DNA of 52,120 nt, filler included, from Sphacelaria rigidula (GCA_964200075.2; 4 parts of 4 records of this genome joined end to end with filler, not necessarily neighbours in it), one strand, 5' to 3'. Numbered from the whole stretch's first letter, positions 11,789 through 26,014 are shown. The notes: generated from the sequence alone by a model not told the origin. Program-made: numbers and translations.

Positions 11789-12958
11789 GGCGATGACGTG
11801 GGGTTTGCAAGGGCGAACCTGCATCCAAAAAAGGGGGGGGGGATGAGCAAGGGCGGGAGAGGCGGGGAAACAACTCTTCAGCAAGTAAGGAAGACAGGAA
11901 GACGAAGAAAAACGAGTCAGGGTACAAACCCAGAAATACAAAGGGACGCGAAATATGGTGTCGATCAGATGAAAGGCACCGAGACCGGTTGGAAATTCCA
12001 AGGACAAAGTGGAGGCGAGGCATTCAAGTACCGTGGCTTTGTGTTTATTGAAAGGGTGGTGGGCTCTGGGAAAGACAACAACACTTGACTTGTGGGTAAA
12101 TATGGCATTATTCATCGCTTCCATGATTTTGACATACAGTGGTTGAATGTCATACCGGCTGGTCGGATCCCCGTGCGTCGCTCTGGTAGCATGGCGAAGG
12201 AGGGCTCACAGCTACAGAAAAGGATCCATATCACACGCGTTGTCGTTGATTTAGGATGGTATGTCGCACCCGGTGCTTTTCGGGGTACATCTCCGGTACA
12301 CAACCACGACTTCGCTGGAGCCTACCCTCCGGGTAGATATGATTGAATTTATGTGGTACGTGAACGCTGGATATCGTTACTGGGATTGCGATACGGAGAT
12401 CGTAGTGCCTGCAGGTCACCTGGGCTTGATATTACGTACAAATGATTATATAATATTCGTCCGCGAGGCAGAAAAACTCTTTTGGGCCCGGACTCGAAAC
12501 TTCCTTCGAAGAGAGAGATTGAGCTGGAGACGTCGTTTCTCAGCTGAGTGCAAGCCAGCCCATACAGCGATATCCTGCTGTCGTGTAGTCAGCGCGATAT
12601 ACTTTGATGCCCACTGCAAAACCCATGGGAGGGTGTTTCGAAGGCATCCCCCTAGAACGTATGCACTCATTCGCATTTGTATACAACTTTTCTATCAGCA
12701 ACCAATAAAAATGCAACCAAAGCCATATCACTGTACCACGCATATTGTAAACGTCTGATGGCCGCCGTGCGGACCTTTAGCAACCACCGTTGGCATCTAC
12801 TCCCGTACTACGGTAGTTTGCAGCTGAAGATACTTTCTACGATAGCCCCCCCCCCCCCTTCTGGTCCGGCGAGAACCCAGCGTGCTCCGTCCCGGCTTTG
12901 TAGGGGCGGATCCCCGATGGGGTTGGCGTTGGTTGGCGATGACGCTGTAAAACACGCC

Positions 12959-13058
12959 NNNNNNNNNNNNNNNNNNNNNNNNNNNNNNNNNNNNNNNNNN
13001 NNTTAATTAATTAANNNNNNNNNNNNNNNNNNNNNNNNNNNNNNNNNNNNNNNNNNNN
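12959..13058. other. Artificial contig linker N44-TTAATTAATTAA-N44
   Basis: Identical 100-nt spacer occurs three times, with stops in all six frames. Confidence 0.97.
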
Positions 13059-14130
13059 CCCCTTCCCAATCTCTTTTTTCATATAAAGGGTTTGTGTTCT
13101 TAAAACGGCGGGAGGTGGGACCGATGAGTGTTTTTTTTTTTTCCGTGAACCAGCCTGTATGTGAAACCCCGAACGATACATTCAGCGGATGATGACGATT
13201 TTTGGTGCGGACATTCTCTGGAGCACGGGGGAACAATCGATACCATCACCACTACCTAATTCGTGATCTATCTTGAGATATGGCGCACATAATGTTCTAT
13301 ACTAAAAATCAACATATTACGAGCAGAGGCACTAGATGCCCCAAATCTGGATGTCGCGTCTCAGTTTTTGAGAGTTGTGCTACGAAATTTGGTGTGGAGA
13401 ACCGCTAGTGCATAATAAAATCCAGTAAACACCTCATTACCTTTTATTCGATGTTTTTCTTTGCGTGTTTAGGGGAGTTTTGAGGAGAAATGAACACTGC
13501 TCTTAGGCATTATCTCATATTTTTAGTTTAATTTTTAGAATTGTGATTTGAAACTTAGCATGGTTTAGGGTGTTTTAGTATGGGCCTTCATTTTTTTTGG
13601 GGGGGGGGAAGAGGTTTGGGCGTTCTCGAAAAAAATGGTCGTTACCATACTAAAACACCCTGAACCAGCTAAAAAAAAATCAAAACCAACCTGATCCATT
13701 TTTCGTGGTTCATCAGGACCTAGCGAGGTCCCACACAAAGTTTCAACACACAAAAACCAAACGTGGGCCGGTAAACGGCCTGCAAAATACTCTTCCGAAT
13801 TCCCACCGGGTCGGCTTTTTTAAAAGACGAACTTGCAGTTTTTTTACTTGGAGTTGGACCCTGAAATTCGGTACGGACAATCAACAGGGCATAATAGATT
13901 TTTTTGCCGGGTCCCGAAGATTTTTTTCTTCTTCATGGGTTCAGGGCAATGATCAGTTTCAGGTTTTAGTAAAATGCCGCTAAATCACGAAAAGTATATT
14001 TGAGACCCGGCACAATTATTTTTTTATGCCCTGTTGATTGTCCATACAAATTTCCAGTGTCCAACTCTACCTAACGAATTGCGAATCCGCCTGCAAACTA
14101 CACATCTGCTTCTCGGCTGGCTCAGATCGT

Positions 14131-14154
14131 AGCAGCAGCAGCAGCAGCAGCAGC
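14131..14154. repeat. (AGC)n microsatellite
   Basis: Directly visible. Confidence 0.85.
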
Positions 14155-14788
14155 GTACATGCTGCCACTATGCTTTCTTGTGTACGAGTTTCTCTACGCT
14201 TTACAGGGAGCTCCAGACCCAGTCAAACATTTGAGTGCCTGTAGGTGTGACGTGCTTGCGCACACACTGCCAAGAGGAGTCTGCGTATACTGGGAAATCT
14301 GGATGATGAAGCATCATTACTCAGCATCGGCCAAGATCACCTACAGAGAGACTTGCAGCACACAGACCGGAAGGTACTGTGCCTTCACTACAAATCGCCC
14401 AGACGTGAAAAGAAAAAGGAAAAATAAGATAAGGGCGTGCCATGTATCGTCTCATGTGATTCTGGAGTAGACGCCAAGTGAAGATGCGCATGTTCACTGC
14501 AGCATAACGACCCCCCACCCCACCCGAGTACAGGACAGCACACTCAAGACTACATTCACATATGGCGACACGTTATTTTCGTGTTTGAGAATAGCAGATT
14601 GAAATGACCACGTCGGAGCAAAGTGTGCAGCCACGAGTTCGTTTGTTGATTCTGACACGGACACCACACGCTTACGTACCAGCCACTGGGCGGGGGTACT
14701 GGATGCTCTCTTGTCACACCACCACGCGCCAGATTTGCAAGATGGGGCCACGCAATTGAATCGTACAAGGTGACGTCGTACAACCCAC

Positions 14789-17700
14789 CTTTCCTCGTGA
14801 TAGTCGCTCGTGCAACCGCGTCCTGGGCGATCTAGGCAAATCAATCGCACCCCTCGCGCTCGCGCCGCTTCGTCGAAAAGTATCGACATATATCGATGAG
14901 AGTCTACCCCCAGCATCAAGAACGCCTGCAACCATTGCAATTATGGATGGCAACAACCGGATTCAAGAAAAAAAATGTTTGCGGTACGGCGTAACAGTGA
15001 CGAAATGACTGCAGATATGGATATGGAGATGAGAGCGAGGGCGAGAGAGAGAGAGGGTGGGTGGGTGGGGAAGCAAATACAGGATAGGTTGAGTGGGTTG
15101 TGATGAACGACCCTACATGGGCCGCTGCAAGTGTGTGAAAAACAAGTGCTCTAGTGCATAGTCGTTTTATCGCCCGTGGCCTGCTGCGGCTCCTGACGTT
15201 GTGTAGTCGTCCCATTCATTCTGGACGCCGGTTTACACCTTTTGGTATATGTGGGCGCACCAGCCGGGGTCACACAGGAGGAAGGACAACACAGGAGTAT
15301 TTTTTTGTTTTTTTTGTTTTTAGTACTACACCTTCCTTCTGCNNNNNNNNNNATAGTCGCTCTCCACTGTTGGGCATGGTCTGAGAAAAAATCCCCGATC
15401 GCTCCGAGATTCGAACCCACGATCCATCCGTCAGAAGGTTTCGAGGTACCGGGGCGACCGGGATGCAAATGCATTGCCGTGGAGAATGACGATATTGTCG
15501 ACGAGGAAGGCCATAACAGGACACTCAGGTGCTAAATACTGTCGTGCGTTTTTTCTTCACCAACAGGATCGCAGCAACCTAAAATAGCATGGTTGAACAG
15601 CCAACTTGGGGTTTCGTTGCGGTCTAGCTTGTGGTTGTACAACACTTGTAGCGAACAGGATAGCTGAGCCCTGCACGCTTACGTATCCCACTACATGTAG
15701 CGTTGCCGTTGACGCTTACAACAAGAAGTCGACTGGGTTTGTGTGACGTGAGTTGACGCGGTGCGGGAGTGCCGACCCAATCCGCGAGACCAAAATGAAA
15801 GGCGCGTACCGGGGGGAACATGGGTTGATCCCTTGAGACACTCATCCCGAGGAAGGGGAGGGGTTCAAGGTGTGAGGGAAAAAAAAAGCAGAGATACATA
15901 CAGATTGCAGAGCAGCAACTACTGGTGACGTGCAAACATTACCACGAGAGGGTACGAGCTATGTGCGTGGCAACGGACTAGCGGTCCCGGACCCCCTTGT
16001 TTGCACGAAGGCGTTGTCTCTTCCGCGAAAACAACGATTCCGAACCCCCGGCAGGGCAAAAAAAAGAAGGGCGTGCTGGCGCGTGGGTGCTCGAGGGGTC
16101 AACTGACCCTTACAGTGGTCAGTTGTGCAAGTGGCCTTCTCTTGGCCCGGCTATTATGGGGTCCGGGACAATTGTTCTGATGATCGTCGACACAACGCCT
16201 ACATAGAAAGAGGGGAACAGGGGAGTCTGGGCCAGCCGAGCCGTTGCCACCCCACAGACACATACATTTATATATCCGTGTCATCGTGAATGTGCTGTTC
16301 AAGCACAGTATCGCATACAGTACAAAGTACGAGTACAGAGTACAGAGTACAGGACAATACCGTGCGTTGATGTTGGCTGGGTGGAGACCACCATGATGAG
16401 CGGTGACCGTGCCACCACCGCATGTGGTATGGCATGTACGAAGACCTTTTACATGCCGTAGCCTATACGGTGCGCGAGTCTTCGCACACAACTTCAGCCC
16501 GCGTGTGCTCAGTCATGAACATAAGTTGCTACATTCGCCGTACTGCAAAAATTGAAGAAAAAAATGCACTTCTGCTTGATTTAGCACCCGAGGGGAATAA
16601 AAGGATCCTGAAGGCGTGCAGTTGTCATATTCCAAACGTCCGCCGGACCGCCAGGAAGTATTCTCGAAACAGAAAGCATTCGGTGCTGTAAAAGATCAGT
16701 GATACACACGAGTCAGCCAGGGTTTGAAAACCGAGGCATATATCGTATCGTGTCATCGGGGGTGGGTGGTCGCAAACAGAGACCAGCCACTCAGCGACAG
16801 TGTAAGGGTGTGAATAGGCGTTGTTGAAGTTCAGCCCGTTGTGCTATCCCACATGAAGGTCGGGGGCCCAGAGGATTGACCATTTGACTGCCTACGCTTC
16901 TGGTTCCAAGACTTTTTTCTCCGGCAGGCCCGCCAGATATCGGAGGATGCTTTTTGTGGGTCTACGAGCTGGGCTAGCCTAGAAGCAGATCTGTAGGTTG
17001 CAGGCCCGTTTTCACGTCAATTTTGAGAGATGGATATTCAAATTTGATACGGAGAATCGCGAGGGCATAGCAATAAAAAGAAATGGTGGAACTTATTTTT
17101 TCATGAGTGAAGGGCAAAAATCATGCGCCAGATTTCAGTAAAATGTCCATAACTCATGAAAAAAAACTTTCGGTCCCATAATTTTTTGTTTCATTACGCC
17201 CTATAATAGCGATTCTCCGAACCAAATTTGAAAGTCCAACTCTCGAAAATGAGGTAAGAGCGGGCGATTCAGGAGTTCGGCCGATCGAAAATCGAAACAA
17301 TATTCGCAGGCCATTTACCAATCCAGATTTTGGTAATCGTGCTATGAAATTTTGTGTGGGAGATCGCTAGGACCTACGCAATAAAAAATTGGGACGCGTC
17401 GTTTTTTTTAATTCGTTGACATTTTAGTGTAGTATAGACGCCGGCCAGTAGTTTTGCACTATTTTCTATTTTCCAAAAATACTCAATATTGAAGTGCTGG
17501 ATGTAAATAGGCGTGGTGTTACTTCAGCAAGCGTGGTGCCGAGCCCAAGTTGACAATGTGCGATTATCGGCAATCTGGATGGGGACCGCGGTCAAAGAGT
17601 TGCGAGGCGACCTCGACGATGGAAGATGGGGGGAGTTTTCTGTTCTGCATTCGCACATTTTTCCCCACGCGTTTTATTTAGTTGTTGTTTGGAAAGTCGC

Positions 17701-18393
17701 ACTACTTGTTGGCATCGCGATGCAAGGCTTCATTTCCACTTTGAAAAATGGACACCTCCGACTGCTTCTTTCATGCACTTCGGCGCACGCGCAGCCCTGA
17801 TGCTGCACAAAACACGGCGGCACCGCACCGTCGATCCGACAATGCTGTTCTTGGAGGTAATGGTGGTGATATTGGGTGCATGCAGCGTTGCTTTCGACAG
17901 CGTGAGATGGAATGTGGAATGTAACATGTGGATCAAAATCCTCTTTTCACTAGGAGACTGTCGTTTTCCCATTTTTCGACGAGAGAATGAAAAGCCGATG
18001 GAAGGTTTGCAAACCAACCGCATCCATCCTCAGAAGCGCACCTCCAACCTCCTTCTTAAAAACGCACCTAAGCAACGCGCGTGAGCCCGACCACGCTGTA
18101 CCATATTCCCTCCCTAAATTTTTTTTAAGCTATTATAGTGGCCAACTGTATCGATCTGGTCGCACTGCTGCCATTTACAAGCACCGTTGTAAACTCACCA
18201 CCAAGCCCTCAGGATCTCCAACTTCCGCGTAGCTCACAACTCTCGGAGTCCGGAGGCAGGTGCACCCTGTCAATGCCATTGTACGATTCATCCTCGCCTC
18301 TGAAAGCCGTTTCCGCGTGTCCTCTGTGCTGACTTCTGGGGGCGGCGCCGCCGTCTCCCCCAACCCCCCTATCCCGCTAGAAAATACATCCAT
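14789..18393 (-). CDS. Alpha/beta-hydrolase fold protein, 5' exons only (3'-partial)
   Basis: Exon 18393-18199 (MDVF...RVVSYAEVGDPEGLV, donor GTGAGT) splices in phase 0 to exon 14925-14789 (AFLMLGVDSHRYMSILFDEAARARGVRLICLDRPGRGCTSD, donor GTGGGT). This matches the N-terminal Abhydrolase pattern SYAExGDPxG...RLIxxDRPGxGxS. Downstream exons were not found; the start codon is uncertain. Confidence 0.8.
15198..15461 (-). mobile_element. tRNA-derived SINE copy (spans 10-N gap 15343-15352), intronic
   Basis: B-box GGGTTCGAATCTCGG on the minus strand. The head matches 1-177; the body (GCCGGGGTCACACAGGA...) matches 27114-27336 and 34966-35124. Confidence 0.75.
17004..17265. repeat. Imperfect inverted repeat (MITE/foldback-like) in hydrolase intron
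   Basis: Arms 17004-17108 and 17152-17265 are reverse complements (GAGAG.TGGA..TTCAAATTTG.T.CGGAGAATCGC ... TTTTTTCATGAGT). Confidence 0.7.
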
Positions 18394-20583
18394 TCCCAAG
18401 TCACAACAGTATAGCGTTCAGCAGTATTCCCTGCGTGTGAAGGTCACGACTGCGTGCAAGTTGACAACAGCAACAAAGCAAAAAGTGGAGTTCGAAGCGT
18501 GGACCACACCAGATACACAAGTGCGTGAAGGGTGCGGCACAGCCAATAGCGCTAAGGATCTGAAATTGGAATCCATTTCAGACCAGTTGCTGAGCGCCAG
18601 TTGTGCTGAATCGCGGCAAAAGCTACACGCTACAATAGAGCAAAAGCGATAAATTGGTGCGTTCAGCGCGAAGTTCGTTGGTTGCGCCTGGTTCAGTGCC
18701 TGCCGACAAGGTTCACAGGTAAGCAGCTCAGTTGCAATGCAAGGTGCTGGATCGGAGCACGCGTCAAGCCACTTTTAACTGCTGTAAGCCGTACTGGAGT
18801 ACTGAATACAGTTTGCTGTACTGTAACTGCTCGGTACTGCACTCGCAGTTCACATAACAGTACAGTAGCGCAGTACACGACATGAGCCGGCGGCACAACA
18901 ACACAGCACAACAACAGTACAAGAATGCAACAGCACAACACTGTACTGTAGTGCAGACACAATCAAGGCATGAAGAACAACCGACAGTATAGACGACAGC
19001 AGTGTGTGAACACAATCCGATAGGATTTCAAATAATATTCCGAATATCTGGCTTCAGACACAATACGAGTACTCGTGGTCATGTAACGGATACTTTATGG
19101 GCGAGAGCAATAGTGAAAACACGAACACATGGAGCAGAGGGTTCTGCTTTATTGCGACATGCACCCACACTCAATAAGCGGTGTTTACTAGTCATTTTTC
19201 TCTCCCTCCGATCTGCGCACTTGTATTGCAGCTCTACGAGAAAGGATATACCAGGAGAGCTCGCCGGTCACCGGTGCAGGGCGCCAGGACAAACACGAAA
19301 ACACCAAGAGGCATAGAGGCAGTTCCACTGCTCCTACAATACTCACGATCAGATATTTTGATTGTTGCAGCTGCTACAGCGGTGAGTGTCGGGTTGGATT
19401 TTAGTCACCTTTAGACGCTCCAGATCCCTGAAGATCAGCAGACCTATGAACCTTAACAGCAGTGTTATCGTAAGCAGCTGAATTACCAGAAGCTCAAAGC
19501 ATACCGAAACCAGCTAGGCCATAGTGCAGCACAGACAGCAGGGTACACTCAGGCAGGGTCAACAGACCATGCTCCTTGTTCCACATTGAGAAAAAAATGC
19601 CATTTTCCAGCATGGGCAGCGTTTGCAACGTTATATACCGATTTCCGCCAAGCGTTTTCTTGGGGTGCGTCCTTGAGTTATCGATTCATATCAGCGTATA
19701 CATATGCGCTTGTATTATAAAAATTTGATCCACCAGACTTCCTATCTTTTTTGTTTCATGTACGCTTCTCTGGCTACAGTACAATAGTAGAGACTTTCCA
19801 TAATCTGGACTCCGGGTCTGAGCATAGTCAGGGTAGACGGAGCGAGGGCCGTAGGATCATCGATGCGTTCTTGGTGGCCCTAGGTCGAGAGTGCCGAGCT
19901 TGTGGTCACACGATTACGATATAGTCAACAAGAATTACAGATTCTGGTATACAGAGGCAGTGACTGAGTGCAGTTGTATTTTTCACGCAAAGGATTCTCT
20001 TGTGCAACAAATATTCAGCTACACTGTACAGTGTAGTCGACCTGCCTAACCACGGCCGACTACGTTCCAAACGCAGCGAGCACCACTGTACCAGAGGGAG
20101 CACAATTGGGACGTCAAGAGATCATCGCCGTCAAAAGCTTGATCGCCAAGTCAGAGTAAAGCTGAGACAAATACCACGGCCTTGTGCGTTCGCAAAACCC
20201 GGCGTGCAACCTGGCGCGTCGCAAGTTCGGATAATTGGCGTTTGTGTTCCGTTTCTCCGCTGCTGGCTCCAAGACTACGACTGTTCGTGAGTGTATTGCT
20301 GTGGTGCTATAGTGCACTGCCGTCCCGCGCGAGACTGGGCACGGGGCCGCAACACGTTTGCCGGGTGATACCTTTTCGGAGCTGCGGAGCCTTCATCAAA
20401 GGGACGGTGCGTTGAAGCGCCGCAGGCGAGCATCTACCATATAGAGGACACACATCTCTCGACAGAGCACAAGCGAGCGCTGAGGATCTACGGCTACCTT
20501 CCGTGAATCCAACACGGGACCTGATTATCTGTTCGCTCGGTTCCCTGGGGAAGAGGACGCCGACCGGCACGCAGCAGCGGAAG

Positions 20584-20736
20584 ATGGACTCCAGCGTACT
20601 GGTGGTAAGCTACTTCTCTGTGCCGTACATCCTGGCATTGCTGATCGTCTGTGCGGGTGTGATATTTCCCCTCGCCGTCATGGTCGCCAGGAGCAGGCGC
20701 AACCTCTTCAAGTCTCTCAGAAGAGAGGCCGAGTAA
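20584..20736 (+). CDS. Possible small single-pass membrane protein or first exon (50 aa)
   Basis: MDSSVLVVSYFSVPYILALLIVCAGVIFPLAVMVARSRRNLFKSLRREAE: a hydrophobic span followed by a basic cluster, with G/C-ending codons. No family recognised. Confidence 0.3.
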   Translation: MDSSVLVVSYFSVPYILALLIVCAGVIFPLAVMVARSRRNLFKSLRREAE

Positions 20737-23700
20737 AGAATGTACCAAGTTAGCAAAACGAGTACATATGCAAGGTCTATCTCCTGCGCTTGCTGCCGCT
20801 GGTGGCGGTGGCACAAGGGGAGCCAAGGGCGGGAAGGGGTAGTGGACGAACCAGCGCAAAACCCTTATTGTACTGCTAATCTCGGGAACCAGAACAAGGT
20901 ATGGAAATACGTCGGTTCTGCTATTGACATTCATCTACGGCACCAAACGGATGGGGAGGATTGGGGACTGGGACCGTCGAACCGAGGCGAAGAAAGGGTT
21001 GATTCGCGGACGACAGGGCTTGGCTGGCCTTGCGGGAGCGGCAACCGCTTTTTATGCTTTGCTTTCAATGGGCCCCAATTTGGGGATAAGATGTACCCTG
21101 AAGATGATGTTTTATTTCAAGTTTTCGTATGAGTGCGTGTGTTTGTGGTGTACGTTCGGAATTCGGCAACGTGGGTAGTGAGTGCATACAAACAGTCTAT
21201 CGGCGGAGTGGGATGGGATAGGTGAGCAAGCAATGTACTATTGATATGTGATGAAGCAGCACACTCACAATCTGTGTCGGGCTGGCTCTGAGACGTGGGG
21301 AGGAGGAGGTGGAGAAAGCTCGGGAAAGGGGGTGGGCTCACCCAGTCTGTACAAAGCGGCGTTGACAAGAGGGCTCGCGAATGATCTGCGAGACATGAAC
21401 GGTGAGCGAGTATTTTAGCGGTGCTCAGCAATTGTTTCTTTGTTAGATGGTGTTGCTGGTATTGATTGCGACGTCAAGAGGCAATTCAACCCAAGTATAG
21501 GCCAATAGAACGCGAAAATGTCCATGGACAGTGAGCTGATTTAAGTGAGTCAACCACACCTCATCCGCTCAGTCAGGATGTTTCTGCAGAATGTTTATCA
21601 TCACCCGAAACTTTGAAAGTCGGAAGTCGTTCGTAGCAGGAACAGGTCGTTCACAGGAGATTCTCGAGGTTCGTGTTGTAGGGGTAAGACGGAGTAAAAC
21701 CCCGTTTTTCGGACGGGGAGTGTCATTGATCGTATCTGGTCCAAAATCATGTTTCGTGGCCCGCATGTCGTCGCGCATTTTTCTCATTTATAACTCCTTG
21801 CGTTCCTCGGCACGACGTAAGGAACAACAAAAATTGGAAAAAATCAATCTTGGAATTGTTTACGATAGCGATCGCGGTTGCTTCGGCCGAGCCCTGATAT
21901 GAAACAATGAGAATCGGGGGCTGATATCTTTAGCGCCTCCGACGATCGCTTAGCCCGTAAGTCGTTCAAAATTGTGGTTCAAGCTGATTCGCGGAAGACA
22001 TCCCTAATGCAATCACAGCAGCTATCTCTCACACCGTTGTTAGGAATTAGAATTTTTCAATTTCCGGCGTGTTCCTGAAGTGAAGCCTGAGGTTGTCATT
22101 TTTCAATACATCTGTACCTCCTGTGGTTTCACCGGCTTCTTGGGGTTCCCATTCTATACGGGGGTTCCCGAAACCGATAAAACTGGGACAATCAAAATTG
22201 AAAGACACCGAGCACCTCGGGCATTTCGTAAAAAACACGCGTGTGAAATTTCATTTTTCAAGTATTGACCGCGTAAAAAATGGGTCGAACGTGAAAATAT
22301 TCCGAGACGGTGTTTCAGGCTTGTCTCCAAGGACCCCATTAATCACATTTGGTCCATTTTTCTCGTTGTTTTCAAGTTAGCAGACGAAATTTCACACGCG
22401 TGTGCCTAGGTGTAAGTCCGAAGTCACCGGTGTTGGACAATGTACAAGTTCGCTTTGTTTTTTGCATGAAAGGGGTCCTAGTCATTTCCAGCAACCAGGG
22501 ACGCCTAGAAACCGGCAAGACTGAGTGATGGGAGAAATACCCCGAGACTGGTGACCTTGGAATTCATTCACGAACGCGTCTGCAAACAACCTTCCCATCA
22601 TTTTTAAACGTGTTGCCAAGGATTAGAGAGTGCATGAAATTGTCTCAAGAATGTGGGACATGCGCTGACCAAGGATCACGAAGACACCGTCGATCTCAGG
22701 CTGCATCTAAGAATATCCACGCCACGAGTGGTTTCCTGAATCTCAATAACCGCCTTGGAAATGAAGTGATCGAGAAAACGTTGTGAGATTGTAGGGCATA
22801 TTATGGGGTTGAGGCGACGAAATGGTGTCCCTTTGGCAACAGGCGATACCATGTATGGTCCAAGCTCCCGTACGTCGTCTTACGGTGTCTTGCCATGTTT
22901 TTGTTTTGTAGACTAAGTAAGAACCGCCCTCCGCCCTCACCACAGCTTTGCACTTGATGTACACGAGTGCTTGCGCTACACACCACCAGTTCAAGAACAT
23001 GTGGCGCATCGACGAGAGCACGGCACAAAAACACTGGCCTAAGCGGTTTTCGTTGATTTATCCTCCCTTAACTCCGAGTATACCTTTTGAGATACCCTGT
23101 TTCGCACGCCCCTTGCGCCCGATTTCGACCCGGCACTGAGAAAAGAGGCACGTCATCTTGTATCCCATGTGCTGAGAAATAACTGCATATTCCGTTCGTG
23201 TTGATCTGTGTTGTGCGCGTGGAGAAAACATTGGCCGGCAAACTTTTGAGTTCCACCCGTAAATCAGCCTTTTATGAGTTTCACTCTGGGAAGTTTGTGT
23301 CGGGGACTACTCTGTCTCGATCCCCCCAAGTTTGAGATTGTACGTCAGTTGTAACGAGTCTTGTTAACCGCGAAATTTGAAAACAAACGTATTCAATCGA
23401 AACATAGCTTTCAAATGTTTACTACCTTTTTCAACAGATTTTACCTGTTCCTAGTGGATATTTCTCTCCATCGCTTTGCCAAAATACCGTCGACGTCTTC
23501 CCCTCCGGGTGAACTGTTACTCAAGTGGAGGGGGCACGTGGTGGCAGCAGTATACCTTGTTGCAATTCTAGCTGCTGGCTCGTGTTATCTTCTCGCCTGA
23601 AAACTTGGGATCGTGTGAGGTGGTCCGCCCTTCATCCATCCCTGCGACTGTGCCCCCCAAGATGCACCATGGACTTTCTTGTTCTATCCGTAACACCCGT

Positions 23701-26014
23701 CGAAAAGGCTCAAGAGGACGTCGAAACATTTGGACGCAATGCCGGCCTTTCCTCCCGCTGGAAGCCCAGTGCAAAATTGACCTGCCGCGTTTCCGTGGTT
23801 CCCGTGGTGACGAATTCACGTTTCTGCCCGTGTTGTACGATGCATAGCGGCGGAACGTTCGTGCTGGTATTAATGCTCTTGACCGTTTTGTACTATGTCA
23901 CTAACGTTTCGTTGCTGCGGCACCCTCTCCCCGCCCCAATGCACTCTCTCGCCGGCTACGCGAATTGCCTTGCCTGCTGCAGATGCTGCGTGTGGTAGTG
24001 GAGAGGTGTAACCGGCGACCGTTCGACACGCGGCAGCACACCGCTTTGCTGCAAAAGTGGAGTTAAACTGTTGTGCCACTACCACCTGATATTAGTAGCT
24101 ATGCGCCCCAGTTTAACGCTGTGCATGTGTACCCACTTCGAGCTAGGTCTCCAAAATGGGCGTGTATTTTATCTTGTTTCGTTCGACCAATTACATGTTG
24201 AGTGTCCTGGTGTTGGCCATTTGTGTGTTTTTTTTTAGTCGGACTCGGTTCACTTGGTAATCACGGTTGCGTAGCTCTGTGTGTGTTGGCGCACGATGTA
24301 AATATTCGAACCTTGTGAATCGCCATGAGCCTGTCAGTATCCATCGATCTCACACACTTTGTATTCACGTTGTGGCTATTGTGGGAATTAAATTACGTTG
24401 TGCACGAAGTAAAGGTCTGAAAGAGTTGTCACCAGAACGGGCAACATACGATCCTTCAAAGCCTACGAAGTTTCTCCGTTTTCGCGGTTTTTACAGGCGA
24501 CGAGCTGGTCTACATACAGAGCTTGAAATGGCGTCTCCTAAACATTCTCAACATCTTCGAAGAATACGTTGAACGCACACCTACTTGATCCTGATCACCA
24601 GACAAACCTAAAACCGCGGCCGCATTTGCGCTGTAAGGTACTGGTGCATCACGGAGGAACAATGTTTTCGTTAGGGTGAGGGTCTCGTGGGGATTGAGAG
24701 TGAGATTTGTTATTCGCTCTAATAACTTGACCATTTTTTCATTTTGTGAGTGCTTGTAACACTATCGTGTGCTTACGGCTACACGTCGATATCCTACTCG
24801 GGGCTATCGAAGGCTTCAGTGGCAAATTACTACAGAGCGCGTATCGGACCTCGTGGAGGGGCGTTTCGAAACTGAACATTTTTCATCCATAAATTGCTAT
24901 AAGCGCTTCTCCCTCTCGATTGTATCCTAGACTCGATCTGCCGAAAGCATTGTTAAAGGAGCAAGGATGCAATTTGGGCCCCAAATCTGTTCGTTCCATC
25001 TCCTAATATAGACAGTAATTATTCACTCCAGGATTTAAGAATTCGCAACACAGTGTTACGCAGGGGGTTAGTGTCACGTTTCCCACCACCACCCTCAAAA
25101 TGAAAACGCGACGAAGTCTAAGAAGTGTACAGGAGGTTATATAGCAACTAAAGCGATATACGGCTGTAGTATGTATCTGAAGCTACCTTCTCATTCCAGT
25201 CCGGCTCGATTCCACCCACTACAGCTCACAAACCAGCGATGGAGGATATCGCTAAAAAAAGTCCTGCTTTGTGTACAGGCGAGAAAGTCATTTTCCAACA
25301 TATCCGTCCTTCACGCGACAGAAGATTACTCACCACTGACAAACGTCACGAAGCCGAAACTCTACAGGCAGATACTACTAGACACTAGTCATCGTTCAAG
25401 CCCTGGCAGACTTCAATTGAGTGTCGAAACAGTGCAATATCTGAAGTAGATGATAACCACTTCACCCCAACTTCCAATTCTGTGACAAGGGTGTTGGCCG
25501 CCAAGAAGTGGAGGACTGGTAGGTGCGCGCTTATTCTACACAGAGCAATTCGATTTGTGTCGATAGCTGCCGTGTGCGCCGTGATATTGCCATCTCGGTG
25601 GCGGGTGTTATAACATGTGAGGTGCGGCGTGAAAACCCATCGGGTCACATGTGATATCCACATTGGGCAGGTAGTAATTGCGCCGCGTCCATTTGGTTTA
25701 CAGCGTGGGGAATATCTTCTCCCGCAAGCATACATGCAACAATTAAAATTGCCCGCCAGTGAGAAAGATGTTCCAGACATGTGCTTGTCATTATCGCTGG
25801 GGCGGCGCATGAAGCGTGCCAACGGGATCGCCGCGCAAGGTGTAAACGCACACTTGATTCATTGATTCATTGATAATCTCACATTAGCTGGTTGCTACAA
25901 TCCGGCCCGTGGTCACAGGCCGCTTCTTACAACAGACAAAATAAAAACCCGGAAAAAATTATTTTTGGAGCTTTTACGTCGTTTCACGCCCCGAAAGAGA
26001 GCTAGGCGGAATTT

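Noticed and set aside
11312-12124. 270-aa minus-strand ORF
   Set aside because: Runs through a (TA)n microsatellite and antisense to the AAA last exon; no motifs.
13003-13014. TTAATTAATTAA as a piggyBac target or regulatory palindrome
   Set aside because: Flanked by exactly 44 N on each side three times; a synthetic linker.
18780-18960. CAGTA/CACAA-rich tract (also 47372-47432) as a structured element
   Set aside because: Degenerate simple-sequence repeat with no higher-order pattern.
22743-23021. KCKAVVRAEGGSY as a Tc1 transposase C-terminus
   Set aside because: Too short; no DDE motif or supporting frame nearby.
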